A stretch of 32,000 nucleotides of DNA from assembly GCF_040878665.1 (NCBI RefSeq), contig NZ_JBBDLU010000002.1, forward strand, positions 130,565 to 162,564. The letters are read 5' to 3'. Below, piece after piece: positions 24,923 through 32,000 of the stretch. Source of the DNA: Nitrosopumilus sp. (lineage in GTDB: Archaea > Thermoproteota > Nitrososphaeria > Nitrososphaerales > Nitrosopumilaceae). The notes below the pieces were generated by a model, which was not told where the DNA came from, ran no database searches, and worked only from the letters and a program-made list of their open reading frames with translations. The position numbers and the translations under genes were made by a program. Each line of letters begins with the position of its first letter. Positions within the stretch are counted from its first letter, which is position 1.

Positions 24923-25928
24923 TTCTTTCTATTAATTCACGATCTTTTTGAGCCGCATTTCCACCCATAGTGAGATATCCCTCAGTGATTATTCCATTAG
25001 CTCCACTTTGTAAGAGTTCCTCGCCTGAGTCATTTAATTTTGATTCTCGTCCTCCAGAAATTTTGATTACTGACTCTGGTAACAAAAATCTAATCACTGA
25101 AAACATTCGTACAATTTCAGAATTTGGAAGATCTGTTTGTAATTCAAGAGGTGTTCCTGGCATCGGTACAAGAATGTTGATTGTCACTTCTTCTGGATAT
25201 AGCCTTCCTAATTCTAATGCTAATTCTAATCTTTGTTCTCTGGTTTCTCCTAATCCAATAATTCCACCAGTGCATAATTCTAATCCTGCATCTCTTGCAA
25301 TACCTAGTGTCTTTAGTCTATCTTCGTATGTGTGAGTTGTACAGATTTCAGAAAATTTTGATTTTGCGGTTTCTAAATTATGATTGTATCTTTTTACTTT
25401 TAGTTCTTTTAATTTTTTTGCTTGTTCTGATGTCAAAAAACCTAAACTGCATTCCACACTAATTCCAACCTTGTCATTAATTTCACTAATTATTTTACAT
25501 ACCTTTTCAAAATCTTTTGATGATGGCTCTCTCCATGCAGCAACTAAACAATATGATTCAGCTCCATCCATTTTTGCTTTTTGTGCTTTCTTGACTACGT
25601 CATCTGATGATGCTAGTTGATATGTCTCTATACCTGTATCAAAAAATGCTGACTGCCCACAAAATGAACAATCCTCACTACAAGCATTTTTTTTAATATT
25701 GTTTAATTGCTCTACATCTACTTTATTTCCATTAAAATCACGAGTTATTTCGTTTGCATGTCTTGCTAATTCTTTCAGGCTTTCTTCTGATATGCCAAAT
25801 AATTTTTTTGCATCGTCTGTCGAAATTCCAATCCCTGCAAACACTTTTTCTTGACACTCTTTGATAAATTTCAGAGTACTCATATTGGATGCTAGTACTT
25901 TTCCATTTATAACGATAATCTCTGTCAA
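24906..25928 (-). CDS. bioB: Biotin synthase (radical SAM)
   Basis: CSEDCSFCGQS radical-SAM CxxxCxxC motif, plus size and neighbourhood. Confidence 0.9.
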   Translation of the reverse strand: MTEIIVINGKVLASNMSTLKFIKECQEKVFAGIGISTDDAKKLFGISEESLKELARHANEITRDFNGNKVDVEQLNNIKKNACSEDCSFCGQSAFFDTGIETYQLASSDDVVKKAQKAKMDGAESYCLVAAWREPSSKDFEKVCKIISEINDKVGISVECSLGFLTSEQAKKLKELKVKRYNHNLETAKSKFSEICTTHTYEDRLKTLGIARDAGLELCTGGIIGLGETREQRLELALELGRLYPEEVTINILVPMPGTPLELQTDLPNSEIVRMFSVIRFLLPESVIKISGGRESKLNDSGEELLQSGANGIITEGYLTMGGNAAQKDRELIERIGLQV

Positions 25929-26089
25929 AATATTTTATTTATTGATGATTCTAGGTACAAATAGATTCACTTTAGGCATGAATGAGGCTAACAGATTTTT
26001 TAATCATTCAAATAGAAAATTCCAAAACGGTACTGATTATTGAAAAAATTTGACATGGTGTTAATAAGTAGAAAAATAGAACTAAAAAT

Positions 26090-26656
26090 ATGAAATTTCT
26101 ATTTTTTATGATACTTACTCTGATTTTACCTGCTGTATTTATTCCCACAGTATTTGCACATGAACCTGATTTTGAAGGCAAAACACCAGAGAACATTTTA
26201 AAATTATGCCATTTTTTCTATGAAGAATATTTGTTAATCGGTTCAGAAAACTTCAAGGATCATCATAAACTTTTTCTTAATGCTAAAATCTGTCCTATTT
26301 TATATGACAATATTGCATGGAACAGTCAACATCCACAAAAAGATCTTATATTGATTTTTGAGATTGAAAAGAAATTAGATGAAAATGCAAATTACCTAAA
26401 AGAAAGACATGTGGACGAATCTAGTTCAATCCCTAAATGGTTTAAAAATAAAGCAAATTTATGGATTGGATGGGAAATCAAAGACAGAGAGTTTTTGAAA
26501 GCAATTGAAAAATTTGCAGATTTAAATTTGACTGATAAATCAGATCCAAACATAATTCCTACATGGTTTAAGCAAACCACAAAATGGTATTTAGATGAAA
26601 CAATTTCTGAGAAAGAATTTGTCAATTCAATTAAATATTTAACAGAATCATACTAA
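26090..26656 (+). CDS. Secreted protein with two C-terminal Trp-rich repeats (function unknown)
   Basis: Signal peptide MKFLFFMILTLILPAVFIPTVFA|HE. Repeats are IPKWFKNKANLWIGWEIKDREFLKAIEKF and IPTWFKQTTKWYLDETISEKEFVNSIKYL. Confidence 0.65.
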   Translation: MKFLFFMILTLILPAVFIPTVFAHEPDFEGKTPENILKLCHFFYEEYLLIGSENFKDHHKLFLNAKICPILYDNIAWNSQHPQKDLILIFEIEKKLDENANYLKERHVDESSSIPKWFKNKANLWIGWEIKDREFLKAIEKFADLNLTDKSDPNIIPTWFKQTTKWYLDETISEKEFVNSIKYLTESY

Positions 26657-26836
26657 AACATCTGCCAAAAAATTAAATTCCAACTCACACATCTTCTGAA
26701 CAGTATTTTTTAATGTCTCATCTGTGAATTTTTTAATATGTAAAAAATTATATTTAAAAACGACGAAGGTATTTCATATTCTTACATCCAGTTTTATATG
26801 ACTGATCAACGAATCTAATATGTCGTAGATTAACAC

Positions 26837-28171
26837 TCAATGTACCTTTGATTTTGCCGATTTTATAGTATTGATTGTTCTTTCTAAAAGGGATCTGAGA
26901 TCATTTTCTTTTATTGCTAAAGGCGGTACAAGCATGACTATATTTCCTAGTGTTCTAAGATAGATTCCTTGTTTTTTACCTTCCTCAAAAAATATTTTAT
27001 TTATTGATTTTTGTGGTTTAATTGGAGTCTTTTTATTTTGGTTCTGTACTAATTCAATTCCCATAAGCATTCCTTTGTGTCTAATGTCTCCAACAATGTC
27101 TATTTCATAGATTTTATCATAAAATTCCTCAAAAACTTTTGAAGTAACTTGAATTCTTTTTATTAAACTATTTTTTTTATACATTGTAAGATTCTCATTT
27201 GCAACTGCAGCTGCAATAGGATTACCTGTGTATGTGTGTCCATGAAACAAATGTTGCCAATCATTGAATTCTCCTAAAAATGAATCATAAATTCTCTTGT
27301 TGGTTAATGTTGCAGCCATTGTAAGATATCCGCCAGTTAACATTTTTCCATAGGATACAATATCTGGAATGCAATTTTGTTCTTCATACTGAGTCATAGA
27401 TCCTAATCTTCCAAACCCTGTTGCAATTTCATCTAAAACTAATAACACATCATATTTTTTACATAATTTATCAATTTTTTTTTGAAATCCTTTTGGGTAA
27501 ATTATTACTCCGCCTGCTACTTGTGCTCCACTTTCCATCACAAAAGCTGCAATGTTATCATATTTTGAAAACTGTGTTTCAATTTTTTCTAAACAGTAGT
27601 TTTGATAATCTGAAAATGTAAAACCTTTTGGTGTTCTATATTGATTTGGAACTGGAAATTGCATGGTTGTGAATAGTTGTTTTTTAAATTTACCAAAAAA
27701 TTCTGGTACATATCCTACTGACATAGCTCCAAATGTGTCTCCATGATATCCATTCTCTAATGTAGCGATCTCTGTTTTTCTTTTATTCCCAACATTTTTC
27801 CAATACTGCAATGCAATCTTGATAGCAATTTCCATTGCTGATGAACCATTATCTGAATAAAACACCTTGTACATATGAGGAGATATTTTTACAAGATTAC
27901 CTGCTAGTTTTTCAGCAGGCTCGTGTGTAAGATTGAATAATGATGAATGTTGAAGTTTTTTGCTTTGTTTTGTGATTGCTTTAATCAACTGAGGATTAGA
28001 ATGTCCCCATACATTACACCACATTGATGCCACTGCATCAATCATTTTATTTCCTTTAGAATCGATTAACCATACTCCTTTCCCCTTAGTAATTTTATCA
28101 AAGGTATTCCATTCATTCATCTGAGTATTCGGGTGCCAAACAGAACTTTTCAACTGTTTTTGTATGTTCAA
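26837..28171 (-). CDS. bioA: Adenosylmethionine-8-amino-7-oxononanoate aminotransferase
   Basis: Class-III aminotransferase with a BioA-like N-terminus (VWHPNTQM) and DEIATGFGRLG, in biotin cluster context. Confidence 0.9.
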   Translation of the reverse strand: MNIQKQLKSSVWHPNTQMNEWNTFDKITKGKGVWLIDSKGNKMIDAVASMWCNVWGHSNPQLIKAITKQSKKLQHSSLFNLTHEPAEKLAGNLVKISPHMYKVFYSDNGSSAMEIAIKIALQYWKNVGNKRKTEIATLENGYHGDTFGAMSVGYVPEFFGKFKKQLFTTMQFPVPNQYRTPKGFTFSDYQNYCLEKIETQFSKYDNIAAFVMESGAQVAGGVIIYPKGFQKKIDKLCKKYDVLLVLDEIATGFGRLGSMTQYEEQNCIPDIVSYGKMLTGGYLTMAATLTNKRIYDSFLGEFNDWQHLFHGHTYTGNPIAAAVANENLTMYKKNSLIKRIQVTSKVFEEFYDKIYEIDIVGDIRHKGMLMGIELVQNQNKKTPIKPQKSINKIFFEEGKKQGIYLRTLGNIVMLVPPLAIKENDLRSLLERTINTIKSAKSKVH

Positions 28172-28202
28172 AGATCTTAATAATTAACCGATGTGTTAAT
28201 CT

Positions 28203-28910
28203 ATGAAATATTTCAATTGTTATTTGTTGAACTCATTTTTTATCACAGGAACTGATACAGATGTTGGAAAAACGTACATCACTGCGGGTTTGGCAGTTTC
28301 GTTTAGAAAAATGGGTATTAATGTTGGTGTTATGAAACCTTTTGCTGCAGGGACTGCTCAGAAAAAAGGTTTCAAATCTGAAGATGTTGAAATTTTATCT
28401 CGTGCTGCACAAGTAACTGATCCTGAGGAATTAATTAATCCACAATTTTTCCCAATTCATGCATCTCCTTATACTGCATGGAAGAATTTAAAAATAAAAC
28501 CAAAAATCTCGACAATCCTTTCAAGTTTTAAAAAATTATCGAAACTACACGATACGCTTCTTGTAGAAGGTGTGGGGGGCATAATGACCCCTATTTTGAA
28601 AAATTATTACGTCACACATTTGATTAAAGATATGAAAATTCCTACACTGATTGTAACTAGAACAAGAGTTGGGACCATAAATCATACCATGATGACAATT
28701 AAGATTTGTGAAAAATATAAAATTCCAATCAAAGGAATAATTATTAATAATTTTGATGAAGGTTATGATGTATCTATTTTGAAACGAGATTTAGAAAATC
28801 TTACTGGCGTCAAAGTTTTAGGTTCAATTCCTTTTATCGATAATATGAGTGACGATTCACTAAATCGTGTATTTCAAAAAAACTTGGATCTTAAACAACT
28901 TTTGAAATAA
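28203..28910 (+). CDS. bioD: Dethiobiotin synthase
   Basis: P-loop FFITGTDTDVGKTYIT plus size and context. The true start may be downstream of 28203. Confidence 0.85.
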   Translation: MKYFNCYLLNSFFITGTDTDVGKTYITAGLAVSFRKMGINVGVMKPFAAGTAQKKGFKSEDVEILSRAAQVTDPEELINPQFFPIHASPYTAWKNLKIKPKISTILSSFKKLSKLHDTLLVEGVGGIMTPILKNYYVTHLIKDMKIPTLIVTRTRVGTINHTMMTIKICEKYKIPIKGIIINNFDEGYDVSILKRDLENLTGVKVLGSIPFIDNMSDDSLNRVFQKNLDLKQLLK

Positions 28911-29179
28911 TTTTTCCTTAGGTCCTATACTAATATCCTTTATTTGAATTTAAAAAAGGAACTTGGGTCTTTCTATTTTACATTATGTTACTAAATATGA
29001 CTATTGATGACACAAAACCCCATATTCCAAAATGCACATTTTTTGTTTTGATTATACATTCAGATAATGCATCTTTCATAATGTGATATGATCATATTGT
29101 TGTCATAACTAATAGTATGTTTTTTTTGATAATGACAACTTGCTTTCTCCTCAATCTTTAATCATTTTCAAATCTACTC

Positions 29180-29728
29180 TCACACTCGTAAAATTTTGAA
29201 TTTATTTGTGCCTCCAATATTACTGAATTTTCCTATCTCAAAAATTATCTTTGTAAAAGAATCATGTTCCTTGTTTAATACAAATGATTTTTTCTCTAAT
29301 TGAATTTTTTCTGATAAAACAATCCAAATGTTTTCTTTTTCAGATTGAATTTTCTCTAATTTTTCAATTTTTTCATTTATTTGATTAATGTTGGATGATT
29401 TTGGTATGCAAATAAGTAATGTTTTTTTTGGATCTTTTTCTAATGTTTTTATATCTGGAATTACAATATCTAGTTCTTCTTCTTTGTACATTACCTTTCT
29501 TTGACTAGTAATTAGAGCATTAGTGAGTAAATAATGTAAAATTCCTGTGGCTAATACCCCTATCGATTCATCTTTTTCTCCTAATGTAATAATTTGATCA
29601 TAACAATTTTTTACAATCTCACCAATAATCAAATCAAATTTTTTTTCAATAATTAATTGAGGAATAGTCTGTGAATTTTTGATGTATTCAAACAAATAAT
29701 CCTTTATAGGATTTGACTCTTCTTGCAT
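29180..29728 (-). CDS. Hypothetical protein (182 aa), translationally coupled to HMG-CoA synthase
   Basis: Its ATG (29726-29728) shares one base with the stop codon of the upstream gene (29728-29730). No recognised family. Confidence 0.6.
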   Translation of the reverse strand: MQEESNPIKDYLFEYIKNSQTIPQLIIEKKFDLIIGEIVKNCYDQIITLGEKDESIGVLATGILHYLLTNALITSQRKVMYKEEELDIVIPDIKTLEKDPKKTLLICIPKSSNINQINEKIEKLEKIQSEKENIWIVLSEKIQLEKKSFVLNKEHDSFTKIIFEIGKFSNIGGTNKFKILRV

Positions 29729-31122
29729 TATTCGTTATAGATATAGCGTCTTTCGCCTCTAGTTTCTTTGTCTGTTTGTACGTTCACTAGAACAAATTCT
29801 TTCTTAGAGTGCACCATCGATTCTTCAGGAAGTAGTTTATTTTCATGCAATTCTTCGTATTCCTCCCACGTCAATCTTTTCCTTTCGCCTATCTCTACTT
29901 CTAAATTCATATTTTTTACAATTTCTTTGTATTCTGGTTGAATGACTCCACTGAATACCATTGCACTACTTCCACTGCCATAGGAACCAAATCCGATTCT
30001 TTTTCCATCTAACTCAATTCCTTTCTGATATTCAAATTCTAAACTACTCCTAAATCCTAAATAAAGTGACGCGGTATACAAATTACCAATCATGCTTGAT
30101 GCAATCAGTGAACTTGAAAGTTTTGATTCGTACACCTCTTGATATTCTCTAGTTTTTGTAAATAATTTAGTAAACTCGTGATCTTTTGCCATGAATTCCT
30201 CATCTCCTAAAACTGATTCTATTGTGCCTCGTGGATCTTTTGGTTTTGGTTCCTCAACTCCTATCTCTTGCAATATATTTTTCCAGCGTGGGAGCTGTCT
30301 CCATTCATGTCTAACCAAATATGCTAATGCCTTCTTTCCCATGTTGCTATATGGTAAATGCATGTTAATGTAATCCATATGATCTAAAATTGTCTCCCCT
30401 GGTTCCAGTTTAATTAGTCCTGTTGATACTACTTTTTTCTTATATGCTTCTAATGCCTTTCTTACTTGAATCATGTACAACAAGTTTGAATACTGTCCGT
30501 GTACAATTGGAGTTTCTTTTCCAAAAGGTCTGTAAAAATCATATTCGTCTTTAATTGATGTGGATGTTACTTTAGGATCAAATGTCAATAATCTTGGTTC
30601 ATCGTTTAGAAGCATAACTACTGCTCCTGCACCTTGCGTCATTTCTCCACTAGAACCCATATCATATTTTGCAATATCTGAAACTACTACCAATGCATGT
30701 TTTCCTTCTGCTTCTCCGGCTCTAATCCAATTTGTATTGTCATATAGTGCGTATGAACCACTTACACAAGCAAATTTGGTTTCTACTCCTCCACAGTGTT
30801 CAAAAGCACCTTGTCCGTAAACTTGCTCTAGCATTCCAATAACGTATGAATTCATAGCTTTTGATTCATCAAAAGCAGATTCCGTGGAAACATACAATCT
30901 ACCAATATCTTCTGGAGATAGTTTATTTTTCTGCATAATTCGTAGACATGCATTTGCTGCAAGACATGCTGGGTCTTGGTTGGCATCAACTATTGCCATT
31001 TGTGAGACTCCTAATCCTTTTTGTAATTTTACTGGATCTAATCCTCTATTAGCTGCAAAATCCGCCGCATCTAAATACAATCGAGGAATGTATATCGCAA
31101 TGTCATCTATCCCAGCTGTCAT
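29728..31122 (-). CDS. Hydroxymethylglutaryl-CoA synthase (long form, 464 aa)
   Basis: Thiolase-fold condensing enzyme with HMGCS-like motifs (STESAFDESKA, KFACVSGSYA, HLPYSNMGKKA, GSYGSGSS). Confidence 0.85.
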   Translation of the reverse strand: MTAGIDDIAIYIPRLYLDAADFAANRGLDPVKLQKGLGVSQMAIVDANQDPACLAANACLRIMQKNKLSPEDIGRLYVSTESAFDESKAMNSYVIGMLEQVYGQGAFEHCGGVETKFACVSGSYALYDNTNWIRAGEAEGKHALVVVSDIAKYDMGSSGEMTQGAGAVVMLLNDEPRLLTFDPKVTSTSIKDEYDFYRPFGKETPIVHGQYSNLLYMIQVRKALEAYKKKVVSTGLIKLEPGETILDHMDYINMHLPYSNMGKKALAYLVRHEWRQLPRWKNILQEIGVEEPKPKDPRGTIESVLGDEEFMAKDHEFTKLFTKTREYQEVYESKLSSSLIASSMIGNLYTASLYLGFRSSLEFEYQKGIELDGKRIGFGSYGSGSSAMVFSGVIQPEYKEIVKNMNLEVEIGERKRLTWEEYEELHENKLLPEESMVHSKKEFVLVNVQTDKETRGERRYIYNE

Positions 31123-31230
31123 AAGCTAGCTCCCGGAATTTCATTAATAAGGATATGGGGTTAATTCTAAATAACTATAAAGGAAATTCCTGTAATTTCC
31201 ACGCATTATCTAATGAATTGATCGCATTTT

Positions 31231-31935
31231 TTATTTTTCTAGTTCACTCTCAAAAACTTTTTCAAATGTTTCAAAAGGTTGAGCTCCAAAAAGTCGTGTA
31301 GTTTTACCATCGGGTCCAATTACAAAAAATGCCGGGGTTCCAGTTAATTCTAAACTTTTTGCATCATTATTACTTGCAATAATGCTTTTTGAATGTGACC
31401 CATTCATCATACACTCTGTCCATATGTCCATATCTAATCCAATTTCTTGGGCAAATCTTGCAAGATTCTCTGATGATGCCCATCCGTTATTTTCTCCAGT
31501 CCAATTTGAATACAAAATATCGTGATACTCCCAAAATAATTCCTGGTCACTTGCACAATGAGCACCATGTGATGCATTGACTGAATCTGGGCCAATGATG
31601 TTGTAGTCTTTGAAAATCATCTTTACTTTACCTGTTTCAATATATTTTTTCAAAATATCCTCTTCTGTTGAATGAAAAAATACATTACAAAAGTGACACT
31701 GATAATCCCCAAATTCAATTAATGTAATTGGCGCATTTGAATCACCAAGTACTGGAGAGCCATTGTCCAAAAATGTGTTTATTGTAATCTTTGGTGAATC
31801 TGCTTGTTGAATTGTCGGTGTTGGCTCTAGGATTAACTCTTTTTGATTTGAAATACTGTCAAATCCTACAAATGCAATTATTATCACAACAGCTGCAATT
31901 GCTGCACCAATTGCAAGTGAGGGGGCATGAATCAA
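31231..31935 (-). CDS. Membrane-anchored DsbA-like thiol:disulfide oxidoreductase
   Basis: N-terminal TM helix. Thioredoxin-fold motif LIEFGDYQCHFCNVFF (CxxC = CHFC) and a DsbA-like C-terminal GTPAFFV. TTG start. Confidence 0.8.
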   Translation of the reverse strand: MIHAPSLAIGAAIAAVVIIIAFVGFDSISNQKELILEPTPTIQQADSPKITINTFLDNGSPVLGDSNAPITLIEFGDYQCHFCNVFFHSTEEDILKKYIETGKVKMIFKDYNIIGPDSVNASHGAHCASDQELFWEYHDILYSNWTGENNGWASSENLARFAQEIGLDMDIWTECMMNGSHSKSIIASNNDAKSLELTGTPAFFVIGPDGKTTRLFGAQPFETFEKVFESELEK

Positions 31936-32000
31936 TAGAATCTAAACTTCTTTTGGTACATTTAGTCTTTTGTGATAATTATTTGTGTGATGAAGGATTG

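Noticed and set aside
29180-29728. PD-(D/E)xK nuclease-like motif (ELDIVIPD ... LLICIPKS) in the 182-aa protein
   Set aside because: The second motif lacks the acidic residue two positions before Lys (I-P-K, not D/E-x-K). The resemblance is too weak to call without a profile or structure search.

Overview
AT-rich archaeal chromosomal segment, most consistent with a marine ammonia-oxidising thaumarchaeon (Nitrosopumilus-like). That assignment is inferred from gene content: an archaeal ribosomal-protein operon with eS4 and RNase P Rpp29, an ESCRT-III/CdvB homologue, a PEFG-type C-terminal sorting signal and low GC. Most of the window is housekeeping. It holds a partial sua5, purC, a 16-gene r-protein operon (uL3 to uL6, minus strand, 7788-15555), a SPOUT methyltransferase, proteasome alpha, a DUF371 protein, a CdvB paralogue, a CcdA plus split-DipZ thiol-redox pair, a biotin cluster (bioF, bioB, bioA, bioD), HMG-CoA synthase and a DsbA-like protein. 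The less ordinary part is 3.4-7.4 kb, next to tRNA-Asn. It carries a family of near-identical AT-rich perfect palindromes, a tandem-repeat histone-H1-like Ala/Lys/Arg protein, a ~740-bp ORF-free stretch with poly-G/poly-C tracts, a 12-nt minisatellite and several small unknown genes. Other points of note are a 576-aa acidic surface protein with an apparently perfect ~562-bp internal tandem duplication and a PEFG C-terminal anchor, the absence of uL2 from its conserved operon slot, and an unknown gene translationally coupled to HMG-CoA synthase. I found no CRISPR array, integrase, transposase or recognisable defence system. All homology calls come from reading the translations, not from database searches.
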